Origin: a virus
DNA: 64,000 nucleotides
Direction: 5' to 3' (one strand)
Virus record (IMG/VR): IMGVR_UViG_3300027779_002128
Location: 1 to 64,000 of that record
Shown: positions 1 to 9,425 of the stretch, one piece after another
Layout: each line of letters starts with the position of its first letter
Position numbering within the stretch: position 1 is the first letter of the stretch
Notes under the pieces: model-generated
The model's input: only the letters and a program-made list of their open reading frames with translations
Databases searched by the model: none
What the model was told of the DNA's origin: nothing
Position numbers and translations under genes: made by a program

Positions 1-52
1 AAATTTGCGTTCCGTTTTTTGTGCTATTGTATAGATCGGTTTTTACCCTCAT
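1..52 (-). CDS. Possible 5' end of a gene running off the left edge (MRVKTDLYNSTKNGTQI...)
   Basis: ATG at 52-50 with an open frame to the edge; ATAAATA motif lies exactly 5 nt upstream, as for other genes here. Confidence 0.4.
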   Translation of the reverse strand, partial: MRVKTDLYNSTKNGTQI

Positions 53-57
53 ACGCA

Positions 58-64
58 TATTTAT
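58..64 (-). promoter_or_regulatory. ATAAATA late-type promoter motif
   Basis: tatttat on + strand; same motif precedes several operon starts; resembles T4 late promoter TATAAATA. Confidence 0.45.
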
Positions 65-156
65 TAATCTCTGCACAACCTAGCCTTATTTTTTCGCACA
101 CCACTAACTGTATTTGTGCAAAGTGTCTTACGGCTTACTTTACACCGCTCTAGAAC

Positions 157-206
157 TTTTGTACACTATAAGCAACACATAAGCATTTTGTACACTATAA
201 GCAACA
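157..206. repeat. 21-bp perfect direct repeat x2 (ttttgtacactataagcaaca)
   Basis: Copies at 157-177 and 186-206, period 29. Confidence 0.9.
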
Positions 207-268
207 GTTATCATGATCATGCAATACTGTAGTTGCTTTACGCATAATGCATAACACTACTTTATCTC

Positions 269-320
269 CTAACACTTTAATGCACATATAAATGTATACA
301 TCTTACACTTTACTGCACAT
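269..320. repeat. 19-bp imperfect direct repeat x2
   Basis: ctaacactttaatgcacat (269-287) vs cttacactttactgcacat (302-320), 2 mismatches. Confidence 0.75.
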
Positions 321-508
321 GCGTAATAACTTGTACAGTTTACACACGTCAAAGGATTGTAGCACAGAAGGACTCACGTAGACATCGTTAGATGCGAATT
401 GTTATTAGGCTGTAGACTTACTGGCTTGTAGGTAGGAAAAAAATTTGCGTTTACCGGTCGACCCTTATCCTCCGCTTCTTTCTGTAGGGTTGTTATTACT
501 CGTATTAA

Positions 509-1009
509 CTAGCTAATTAACTCGCCCGTAATCTGCATTGTGTAGCGAGGGAGTATGCCTATGTTACTTGCCGCGTGGGGAACGTCTGCACTCCATAGTG
601 CGTAGTCGCCGGCTTTCCAATTGGTAACTGCTTTGCCGTTGAACTCTAAGTAGTGTCCTGGGTGCCAGTCTTCCATGAACACTAATGCTCTGTATGTGTT
701 GTCTCTTGTTACGCCGAATACACGTTCGTACGTTTCAAAGTGATCTGTGTGCGTAGGCATTATGTCTAGAGTATCCATTTTATAGAATACATAGCCTGTG
801 TTAGTTAAGCCTATCTTGTGTGCTACATAGTCTACCCAGTCTGGCATTGGATTACGACTGTCATACATGCCGCCGGAGAATGATGCATGATAGTAGCCTT
901 TGGCTTGCCATGTGTGTATCTCAGAGTCTTTAATAGGTTGCTTAGTGTAAGCGAAGTGAGTATGTTCGTCTGACCACACAGGAGTTATGTGTCCTTGCCT
1001 GGCTATCAT
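509..1009 (-). CDS. 2OG-Fe(II) dioxygenase / cupin-like protein
   Basis: HTD...H(AASN)...R(YTMQITG) facial-triad pattern; start likely ATG 1009 (ATGA overlap with upstream stop) rather than 1042. Confidence 0.7.
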   Translation of the reverse strand: MIARQGHITPVWSDEHTHFAYTKQPIKDSEIHTWQAKGYYHASFSGGMYDSRNPMPDWVDYVAHKIGLTNTGYVFYKMDTLDIMPTHTDHFETYERVFGVTRDNTYRALVFMEDWHPGHYLEFNGKAVTNWKAGDYALWSADVPHAASNIGILPRYTMQITGELIS

Positions 1010-1974
1010 GATGCTGACCTTATAGTGTCTAGTGTTACGCAATGGAAGCCACCACCTAGTGTGCGTTGATGTCTAGTAGGCAACATAGCACAATCAATGC
1101 CATGCTTCTCTAGTTCTATTCGCAGACTGTGTTGGTTTTCTTCTAATGCTACTAACGTAGGGCTTATGCTTAACATGTTCATGTTAATCCACACACTAGC
1201 ATTGTTGTAGTCGCCGTAGTAACCTATGTCTGTTGGCTCTGGGCACATTATGTAATCCCAATGTCTAAATGGTTCAGGCAGTTGGTTTACGTCTTTAATT
1301 CTTGTAGGGTTAAGCAACATCAAGCCTTCTCGTAGGAAAGCAACTGTGCTGTCTATGTGCATGTAACTGTACACACCTTCTAGTGGGTGTATGTTTAATC
1401 CTGTGTGTTTTTGTAACCAGTCAGCGCCTGCACGGTTTCCTGAGTTACTTACTAGGTACAGTATATCATCATTAGCACGAATACAGTTAGCCGCATCGAA
1501 ACTTGGTGCTACTTCTGTTAATGCTAGAGTGTCTGGGTCGCCTAAACACTTGGTATTGTATAAGTCATCAGCATAGTATCTAGGTGCTTCAGTAATAGTT
1601 GGGAAGTGATGTGCTAGTGGATGATAGTTACATGCTCTTGCTCTAATAGGCATAGGGGTTGCTATAGCATGTTCGCCATGCAAGAACACTATATCCCTAG
1701 GACAGTAATCATAATACTTAACAACTTGATCGGAATCAAACGGTCTAAGTACTTCTATACTCTCACCTTCAAGAAACTTAACAAATGTTTCTAAGTCTTC
1801 GTCTGCTTCTTGCGTTACAATGTCTGGGTAAGGACCTGTGTGTATTGTGTTAGCATCTTCTACGTCTGCATAGTTGACCAATCGCATACTTAAATCTAAG
1901 TCCGGTACTCTTGCACCTCTTGCCCTTCCTACTATAACCTGTCTAAGTGTGTCCCACTCATTTTTTGCGTACAT
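1006..1974 (-). CDS. Amidinotransferase, StrB1 (inosamine-phosphate amidinotransferase)-like
   Basis: NEWDTL, CPRD, FDAAN, SNSGN, HIDST and LGGGFHC motifs; Asp/His/Cys triad retained. Confidence 0.9.
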   Translation of the reverse strand: MYAKNEWDTLRQVIVGRARGARVPDLDLSMRLVNYADVEDANTIHTGPYPDIVTQEADEDLETFVKFLEGESIEVLRPFDSDQVVKYYDYCPRDIVFLHGEHAIATPMPIRARACNYHPLAHHFPTITEAPRYYADDLYNTKCLGDPDTLALTEVAPSFDAANCIRANDDILYLVSNSGNRAGADWLQKHTGLNIHPLEGVYSYMHIDSTVAFLREGLMLLNPTRIKDVNQLPEPFRHWDYIMCPEPTDIGYYGDYNNASVWINMNMLSISPTLVALEENQHSLRIELEKHGIDCAMLPTRHQRTLGGGFHCVTLDTIRSAS

Positions 1975-4257
1975 TTATTCCTCTAGCTTTACGGTAATCA
2001 TATCAGCATCAATGGCTTTGAAGTTTGCCGCTTGAGCTAAATGCTTGTTGTCTGCGTTAACACCGGCTGTAATAACATCTGGTACTGCTACGTTATGCGA
2101 ACCTCGTTCCCACTTGCCTTTGCCTTTGTAGTTGTGTTCAAAACTAAAGTCTATAGTTTTGTTTAAAAATGATTCTTCTTCTAGTAGCTCACCAAAGTCT
2201 GTTTGGCTTCTACCCTCAGTCTTGCTCCACTCAGGCTTTGCAAGTTTTCTAGCACGTTTGGCTGTGTTTGATTGCATACGTGAGTAGTCCTGTGCATAGA
2301 ACGGACCTTTACGTCCACCTTCACTCATAGGCTTCCTATCATCGAATGGATTGTCTACTTGGTTGTATTTGTATTTAAAGTTTGCTTTCCATGTACCGTC
2401 ATCAGCAATAACAAATTTATATGTACCGTGGAACTGATCTGCTGGACCAAACTGACTGCCGAATTCTTTGCTGTCTATGTCAGGGTTAAAGTCTACTGTA
2501 CATCTATAGCCGCCTCTGGTTAGCCACATCATTCTCAAGAAAGGCCATATCTCATTTACTAGACTGTCTGCGAATGGTGATATGTCTGGTTTAATTATGT
2601 TGTAGTCAAAGTCCTCATACTCAATCTCATGATATACATTTGGTTTATTAAGTCTAATAACATAGTGTTCTCTAGCTAGGTTGTGCCTAACAGGGTAACC
2701 AAACGGTACGTCAGTTGCGCCTACCATAAAGTCTATGAATGTATGGAACAGTTTAACCCTGTGCATAACATGTATGCCTGCAATAGTAAAGTCATTACTG
2801 ATCCAATGGTTCTGATACTTGTGATAACTAATGTTCCACTTATGAGGATTCTGTCCTACAATAGTTTCAGGACCTACTGCCATACCTACACCAGCACCAA
2901 TGTTGTTGATGTTCATGTTTCTGTTACGCCAAAGGAATGTCATTGTTCTTGCAAAGTCGTGATGTTGTTCTGTAGGAAAGCCTACGATCCAATTAGTCGC
3001 GGCATACACCCCATGCTTCTTACCTGACTTAAAGTTGTCTTCCATCTCTTTAATAGTTACGCCTTTAGCCATGTCGTCTAATACTTTCTGTGAACCTGAC
3101 TCGCAACCGTAGTTAAGCATAATACAACCACCGGCGGCTAAGTCCTTGAAGTAGTCATCGTCCATGCGTCCGTCACAACGAGCATACCCAGTCCATCTCA
3201 TCTTAATGTTCTTTTCTCTGAGTGCAATAGCAAATGCTCTAAGTTCATTTATGTTACCGTTAATCAAACTATCAATGAACCACATAATGTCTGCACCCTT
3301 CTCATAGTACAAGTATTCTGCTTCACGCAACACATCTATAGCAAGACGTTGTCTGTATTTCCAAAAGTGTGTTTCTTCGCAGAACGTACACTTAGCAGTA
3401 CAACCACGTGAGAACTCTGAGGTTACTCCGTTGGGTACTTTGTATTCGTTAAAGTCTAAACCTTCGTAGTCAGGCATAGGCATATCATTAATATTGATAC
3501 GCTCCATTTCTTCCTGTGTAATCTTATACATAGGACCTCGGTCTATACCATCTTCTTGATCTTGAAGTATAGCAAGTATAGCCGCTTCGCCTTCTCCTGT
3601 GCATATATAATCGTAGTAAGGTTGTATGTCAAACCAATCCTTCTGTACGTTAGATCCGCCTACAGCAATTTTAATGTGTGGCGCTCTCTTCTTAAGTTCT
3701 TTACACATCCACTTAGTTGGTTCTTCTGATATGTAGTATTGACTAAAGCCTACTACTTCGGGATTCTCTTCTATAATATGTTGCAAGCCTTCTTCGAGGA
3801 TAGGCTCTAGCAAAGGATGTATATCATTCATGTATGTTTCACCTAGCCAATGCCAACTGGCAGAAGGATCCCATAACCTAAAAGGAATTAGCTTTTCAGG
3901 TTGCCAAATGTTTTGATGTGCGTTGTAGGCTTTAACATTTAAGTCAAGTATGCTTGTTTCGTACCCAGCACTCTTACAAACGCCACTTAGTCTTGCTAAG
4001 TTAAACGGTGGAAACTCTGGTGCCCACTCAGGACACATAACTAATATTAATTTTGTTGTTCTTGTTTTGTAGTCTACATAAACTGACTTTGTGTTCTTCT
4101 GCTGTACCTTCTTAGAAAATGGTGAAATCATATCCATCATCTGTTGATGTCGTTGATCCTCCACACTCATCTCAGGCTTTTCGTACCTGTCTTCATCAGC
4201 CTTGTCTACTGCAATGTTAGTAAGATTAAAATCTACATGTTTTTTATGTTCGTCCAT
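1975..4257 (-). CDS. Cobalamin-binding (class B) radical SAM enzyme, putative methyltransferase
   Basis: PPFNLARL, VGG and GEGE B12-domain motifs; SRGCTAKCTFC (CxxxCxxC); GCESGSQKVL; IVGFPTE. Confidence 0.88.
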   Translation of the reverse strand: MDEHKKHVDFNLTNIAVDKADEDRYEKPEMSVEDQRHQQMMDMISPFSKKVQQKNTKSVYVDYKTRTTKLILVMCPEWAPEFPPFNLARLSGVCKSAGYETSILDLNVKAYNAHQNIWQPEKLIPFRLWDPSASWHWLGETYMNDIHPLLEPILEEGLQHIIEENPEVVGFSQYYISEEPTKWMCKELKKRAPHIKIAVGGSNVQKDWFDIQPYYDYICTGEGEAAILAILQDQEDGIDRGPMYKITQEEMERININDMPMPDYEGLDFNEYKVPNGVTSEFSRGCTAKCTFCEETHFWKYRQRLAIDVLREAEYLYYEKGADIMWFIDSLINGNINELRAFAIALREKNIKMRWTGYARCDGRMDDDYFKDLAAGGCIMLNYGCESGSQKVLDDMAKGVTIKEMEDNFKSGKKHGVYAATNWIVGFPTEQHHDFARTMTFLWRNRNMNINNIGAGVGMAVGPETIVGQNPHKWNISYHKYQNHWISNDFTIAGIHVMHRVKLFHTFIDFMVGATDVPFGYPVRHNLAREHYVIRLNKPNVYHEIEYEDFDYNIIKPDISPFADSLVNEIWPFLRMMWLTRGGYRCTVDFNPDIDSKEFGSQFGPADQFHGTYKFVIADDGTWKANFKYKYNQVDNPFDDRKPMSEGGRKGPFYAQDYSRMQSNTAKRARKLAKPEWSKTEGRSQTDFGELLEEESFLNKTIDFSFEHNYKGKGKWERGSHNVAVPDVITAGVNADNKHLAQAANFKAIDADMITVKLEE

Positions 4258-4268
4258 ATCCCTCTACT

Positions 4269-5888
4269 TTAAAACTCAGCTACTAAATCGTAGTCTGTGG
4301 TGTTTAATTTTTTCAGTGACAAGAAATGATTATAGTTATAATCTATAATCGGTTTCAGTTTCACTTGTAGTTCTAGCCACTCATCGTCTGTTAAATTTGT
4401 TAAACGTAATATTTCTTGCTCTATTGCTACATGCCTATCGTTGTCATCTTTTATAGTATCGTAATCTTCATTAAACAATCCTTCGAATGTTTTATATCCA
4501 ACTACTCTCAAATACTTTAATGTTCCAGGCAATGCCGCAACAATAAATGGATGTCTATGAGCAATAGGCTTATAAACTTTCTCACTTATAAACACACCAT
4601 CTGTATGTATACAGCAACACGGTCTAGTTCCTGTATCTATTAAATTATGATAAAAGTTTGTTTCGTTAACAACACTAAAATAACTGTTATCAAAGTAACC
4701 AGCATCTTCAACGTTAATATCTACAGGATTATCTCTTCCACTAGTTCTATTTAGCACTAAAGGCAACCTATTCCAGAGTTTATAGATATTTTCTATGTAC
4801 GGATCATCTCTAAATTCTTTATCAATATTCTTATTATTTTTTATGTCCCACGAGCTTCTTGTAGAAAGGACTATGTCACTGTTCTTTATATCAAAACTTA
4901 CATAACTTTTCTCGATTAGATCGTGCTCAAATAAGAATCCTACCATACGAGCTCGTTGCCATCTAGGCATTCTATTAAAGCAAAGTAACTTCTTTTCTCG
5001 TTTGCCTATCTTAAACTCTTTCCCTGCCCATACTGGGTGCTTAGTAAAGTCTAATGTTCTATTACCTTCGAATCCAGCCTCCATGGAAGTCTTAGTTACG
5101 TTCTCAAAACGCATACCACTAATAATTTTCATCTTAGGTTGTATACCCATCAGCTGACACATGTGATTATAACTTGCTGTGCCGTCCAATGAACTAGTTA
5201 ACATGAACCATGTATTGCTTGGCATGTAATCAAGTTGGTCAATAAACCTATGTGCTTTGTGAATACTCTGCGGTTGTAAGGCTTCATCAGCATTAGAGAA
5301 AATAACTTTGTCTTTTCCTCTACCTAATGCTTTTTCTATTGCACTTAGTACTTCCATGTGGTTCACTCTATCGATTGCGTGGTCTTCATTAGCACCTGCG
5401 TATACTGGATATATTCTATGCCAGTACTCTACTAGCTCAGGATGTACGCCTAGTATTTGTTCTTGGAACATTCGATCAGCATGTTTACTAAAAGGTTTCA
5501 TAAAGGTTGCTGTTGTACCTTGTCTGTCTTGTTGTTCCCACCTGTCGTTTTGCCAGAAGTAACATTCGTAGGCCCGACTTGCTTCACGAATCCAAGACGC
5601 TATATGAGGAGCTGGTAGCAACTTAGGTAATACAAACACAGTAGACCATGATTTGTATTGGCGCGGATTCTTAGCGTCTAATATTAATACAACGTTTGGA
5701 CCCATTAGATTATTCTGTATGCGTGAGTTGGCGTTACTGTAGTCTTCCATAGTATTAAATTTTGCACCTAGCTTATGTAATGCATCTTTGAGAGGAAGGC
5801 TATCGCTATTCCACTCGCCCTCTACACAAATACACTCGCCGTGCTGACTAATGAAGCCTGCTTGCTCTGTTGCTTTTATATATTCCAT
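4269..5888 (-). CDS. GT10-like putative glycosyltransferase
   Basis: FNRMPR..R; SVVNET...ISEKVYKPI..HPFI...GYKTF..NEDYD C-terminal signature shared with three paralogues. Confidence 0.55.
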   Translation of the reverse strand: MEYIKATEQAGFISQHGECICVEGEWNSDSLPLKDALHKLGAKFNTMEDYSNANSRIQNNLMGPNVVLILDAKNPRQYKSWSTVFVLPKLLPAPHIASWIREASRAYECYFWQNDRWEQQDRQGTTATFMKPFSKHADRMFQEQILGVHPELVEYWHRIYPVYAGANEDHAIDRVNHMEVLSAIEKALGRGKDKVIFSNADEALQPQSIHKAHRFIDQLDYMPSNTWFMLTSSLDGTASYNHMCQLMGIQPKMKIISGMRFENVTKTSMEAGFEGNRTLDFTKHPVWAGKEFKIGKREKKLLCFNRMPRWQRARMVGFLFEHDLIEKSYVSFDIKNSDIVLSTRSSWDIKNNKNIDKEFRDDPYIENIYKLWNRLPLVLNRTSGRDNPVDINVEDAGYFDNSYFSVVNETNFYHNLIDTGTRPCCCIHTDGVFISEKVYKPIAHRHPFIVAALPGTLKYLRVVGYKTFEGLFNEDYDTIKDDNDRHVAIEQEILRLTNLTDDEWLELQVKLKPIIDYNYNHFLSLKKLNTTDYDLVAEF

Positions 5889-6682
5889 TGGTCACCGTGC
5901 TCGTCCCAGGGCCACTGTGGGTCATCGAACACTTCTTGTAATGTTGTTTGTTTCATTATGTCGTCACTAAAGTCGGCGTATTGCTTACTAGCATCTCCTA
6001 ATGGAAAGCCAATGTGTACTAACCAATCTCTGTACACAGGCGCACTAGGGTGATAGTCTGCAAACTCACTGCCGTCATGTGTACTTTTATATGTGTAATG
6101 TACCGGCCACTTGCATTCGTTATAAGTCCATAAACACGGCTCTACAATGTCTAAGTCGTTGTACATATTCTGTATGCTATGTGTTTCTTCGTCTGAGAAG
6201 CCTGCATAGTATCCTTGACCGTTTAAACCTAATCCCATTAAGCCTACACTATCAAACTGTTCTTGCTTTAGTGATTGTGTTACTGTGTCTATAATTGCAC
6301 AATCACGCATAGTCATACCTTGCACATCTACATGTTCCTTAAAGTACTCTTCGCTGAACACATCGTCTCTACCAAATACATTACCTGGAGTACGCCATTG
6401 TCCTTTAATCCACTTGTCTTCTCTGTAGAAAGTACTCCAACAGATAACAACTAAGTCTTTGTTTGTTAAGGACATTTTTCTTTTTGCTTGACTAAGCATT
6501 GTTTGTATGTAACTGTTTCCTGCACCACACTTACCTAAGTTTGTAAACTCTGCATTAGGCATATCCTGTGCAAGTAAGTCGGCCCATGTTGCCCAGCGGT
6601 ACCTAGTAAAACTACAGCCAAGTGTTACTAATCTATCGTACTTAGACAAGTCTATATCAGCAATGTTTGTATTGTAGTACAT
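5876..6682 (-). CDS. SGNH/GDSL hydrolase-like protein (esterase or acyltransferase)
   Basis: GCSFT (block I), NLGKCGAGN (block II), DYHP (block V). Confidence 0.65.
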   Translation of the reverse strand: MYYNTNIADIDLSKYDRLVTLGCSFTRYRWATWADLLAQDMPNAEFTNLGKCGAGNSYIQTMLSQAKRKMSLTNKDLVVICWSTFYREDKWIKGQWRTPGNVFGRDDVFSEEYFKEHVDVQGMTMRDCAIIDTVTQSLKQEQFDSVGLMGLGLNGQGYYAGFSDEETHSIQNMYNDLDIVEPCLWTYNECKWPVHYTYKSTHDGSEFADYHPSAPVYRDWLVHIGFPLGDASKQYADFSDDIMKQTTLQEVFDDPQWPWDEHGDQWNI

Positions 6683-8196
6683 TAAAAGTCTCTGTTCATT
6701 TGTGCATTTATTATAGTTTCTTGCAATGTTTCTTTATTATCAGGACTAGCCCAACTAACAGCTTGCAACGGCTTATTTAAATCTGATTTCTCTATGTGAG
6801 TTATTCTACCTAGCCTACTACGTTCAGCCATTCTCTTGTAGTTATGCTGTAAGATTGGCCACATCTTAATATACAATGCATGGCATTCATCTAAACTTAA
6901 CCCAGAGATGTAATCCATTATTTCTATTAGCTTTTCTGTTCTAACTAAGTGATCTTCTTCTAAGTCATATCCCTCGTCCCAGAAGTCTCCGAATGTTTTG
7001 TAACCTAACTTATGTAAGTATTGTATTGTATATGGAGGAGCAATTAATAAGAACGGTGTCTTAAATTGCATTGACTGTAATACTTTTTCTGATATGTTTG
7101 CAGTAGGTTGTCCGTAACGACTCTCGATACATATATCTACAAACGTTTCCCTGTACAATGGTTCCAGTGGTAAGTGTGTAGGGTTAACTACAACAGGGTT
7201 ACCAATGTTATCAAAGTCTGTGTTCTCTGGATAATGGTGCCCAGCACATTCATGTGCAAACGTTGAGCTTCTTGCACCAACATCATACGTTAGTGGAACA
7301 ACTTTGTTTAACATGTCTATGCCTTCTTTTAAGTTAGCAATAAACTTAGGCTCTCTATCAGGCTCTTGCTCTCCAGCACCGTTAACATTCATCCACGGGG
7401 TATCTAGTAACGTTTCAAGTGGCGTTTCGAAGAACCATATAATGTTACTGTTAATACCTTTAGTCTCGTACTGTTTTAGTATAGCACACATGATTGCTCT
7501 AATAGAAGTAAACCTCCAGCATGTGCAAACAAAATGTTTCTTGAAACTACGCTTAACAGTTATGTCTGCGTTGTTGTACATTATTAATTCGTTTAAGAAC
7601 GGATCGTCACATAGCAGTTTCATTTGCTTGGCATAAGAACTACATGCTTTTTCTACGCCATAGTCACCTGTGTGTACTATTACATTATACAATTTATTCT
7701 GTCCAGCAAAGTAACCAATAGTATCTAGTTCGGTTGAACGTACTCTATTGTGTGTGCCTGTTCCGTTTACATTCTCTCTAGGAAACTCTGTATAGAATCC
7801 GTAATTATAAGCAGACCCCCAGTAACCAGCAAGAGGATCATTTTCATAGTACATGCATATTGGTTCGTACAAAAATATGTGTAAGCCTTTTTTGTTTAGT
7901 AGCTCTACAGTACTAGCGCCAAGTTTTAATTCTATTAACTGTTTGATCTCACCGTTGGCTTGATAAAACAAACACGGAGCATCAATATCCTCATCTTTGT
8001 TCCAGCGTCTAAACTCTGTCCAAGTTCTAATACGTGGAATATCTCGTATAGTTGCTTTCATAATGTTTGGGTGACTGATTGCACCCTCAGGAAAATTATG
8101 ATATGCTAAACTACTTGTTACTTCTTCGTAGTTGATACTTAGCTCATCAGTAACTGCTTTGTTAGTAACTGTACTGGTTTTATCTAACTGTGCCAT
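6682..8196 (-). CDS. GT10-like putative glycosyltransferase
   Basis: DICIES...ISEKVLQSM..TPFL...GYKTFGDFWDEGYD. Confidence 0.55.
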   Translation of the reverse strand: MAQLDKTSTVTNKAVTDELSINYEEVTSSLAYHNFPEGAISHPNIMKATIRDIPRIRTWTEFRRWNKDEDIDAPCLFYQANGEIKQLIELKLGASTVELLNKKGLHIFLYEPICMYYENDPLAGYWGSAYNYGFYTEFPRENVNGTGTHNRVRSTELDTIGYFAGQNKLYNVIVHTGDYGVEKACSSYAKQMKLLCDDPFLNELIMYNNADITVKRSFKKHFVCTCWRFTSIRAIMCAILKQYETKGINSNIIWFFETPLETLLDTPWMNVNGAGEQEPDREPKFIANLKEGIDMLNKVVPLTYDVGARSSTFAHECAGHHYPENTDFDNIGNPVVVNPTHLPLEPLYRETFVDICIESRYGQPTANISEKVLQSMQFKTPFLLIAPPYTIQYLHKLGYKTFGDFWDEGYDLEEDHLVRTEKLIEIMDYISGLSLDECHALYIKMWPILQHNYKRMAERSRLGRITHIEKSDLNKPLQAVSWASPDNKETLQETIINAQMNRDF

Positions 8197-9425
8197 TAAT
8201 AATTTACCTTATGTGCAAAGTCATATTTATGTTTGCTTTGTAAGGTCCTAAAGTTTTTGTCGCAAATTTCTTTTACGTTATCTAACCATGTATAAAGTTC
8301 TTCGCCTTGTAATGCATCTAAGCGTTTTGTTTCTTCTATAATCATTTGCATACGTTTAATATCGTCTTGCTCAGCATCGTAACTTTCATTGATATAAGGA
8401 GCAAACGATTTGTACCCTATGCTTTTGAGAGCTGACATACTTCCGCATGGTGCTATTAATATAAACGGGTGCTTAAAACTTATAGGCTTAAATACTTTCT
8501 CACTAAAAAATATACCGTGCTCTTCATCACTTTCGAAGTAATGGGTTTCACTTACTAAACTAAAATATGTTTCAGCATACATCCAATCATCTGATTCAAT
8601 AAAGTCTGCTCTGTTTGTTACAAGCTCTTTGTGGTCAATATACTTAGGCGGCATGTTTACTAGCTCGTCCTTTATTGACATTAACTGTTTTGTAAGATTA
8701 ATGTTTTTAGTATCTTTGCATAGTTGTAATAGAACAGGGAACATCTCAGTCCAGTCTCGATCATCGTCACTAGGACCAAAGCTAATTAGACCACTGTCTA
8801 TTAATCCTTCTGCTAATAGCATAGAAACAAACAATGGTCTATGTGTGCGCCAACGTCTATTAAAGTTTAAAAATGATGTTGCATATTCTTTTTTCTCGAG
8901 TGTAGGCTTAAACTTAAGACGTTTATGACCTAGTAAATACTCTAGAGTATTGTTCGCACCCTTCTCAAAGTCTAAGATAATCTTTATTTTAATAGAGTCT
9001 TGGTTGTCTCTAGTAGCAACTATCTCTTGATTAAGTTTGTTTGCTTCAAAGGCACCTGTCATTAGTATAATCTTATGTGCAGGTATGCTGTAACGGTCCA
9101 CTAGACCGCTGTAAACGTCTTGTACGCAACTTAAGAAGGCTTCGTGACTATTTGCCACAACTAAGTAAAAATTGCTATTAGAACGCTTTAAACGAGCTAA
9201 AACAGTAGAGTCAAGTAACTCTTCTAGTTGTATTAATCCTAACGCAGGACTCTTACGAAACTCTATAATGTAGTAATCGTTTTCAGACTCGCTCCAATCA
9301 TGCATAAATGTAATCATAGGAGTATCACGCTCTTCAGACCATAATTTAATAACTTCGCCAAGTCTAGTAAGTTCTACATCAAAGAACGTTACCTTCGCTT
9401 CATGGTTAATCAATGCCAACTGCAA
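8196..9425 (-). CDS. GT10-like putative glycosyltransferase
   Basis: FNRRWR.HR; SLVSET...FSEKVFKPI..HPFI...GYKSF..NESYD. Confidence 0.55.
   Translation of the reverse strand: MQLALINHEAKVTFFDVELTRLGEVIKLWSEERDTPMITFMHDWSESENDYYIIEFRKSPALGLIQLEELLDSTVLARLKRSNSNFYLVVANSHEAFLSCVQDVYSGLVDRYSIPAHKIILMTGAFEANKLNQEIVATRDNQDSIKIKIILDFEKGANNTLEYLLGHKRLKFKPTLEKKEYATSFLNFNRRWRTHRPLFVSMLLAEGLIDSGLISFGPSDDDRDWTEMFPVLLQLCKDTKNINLTKQLMSIKDELVNMPPKYIDHKELVTNRADFIESDDWMYAETYFSLVSETHYFESDEEHGIFFSEKVFKPISFKHPFILIAPCGSMSALKSIGYKSFAPYINESYDAEQDDIKRMQMIIEETKRLDALQGEELYTWLDNVKEICDKNFRTLQSKHKYDFAHKVNY

Noticed and set aside
157-206. 21-bp repeat as a mini CRISPR array
   Set aside because: Only two copies with an 8-nt spacer, and no cas genes.
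500-4000. Impression of fewer A/T homopolymer runs toward the left end
   Set aside because: Cannot be quantified by eye; needs a sliding-window k-mer analysis.
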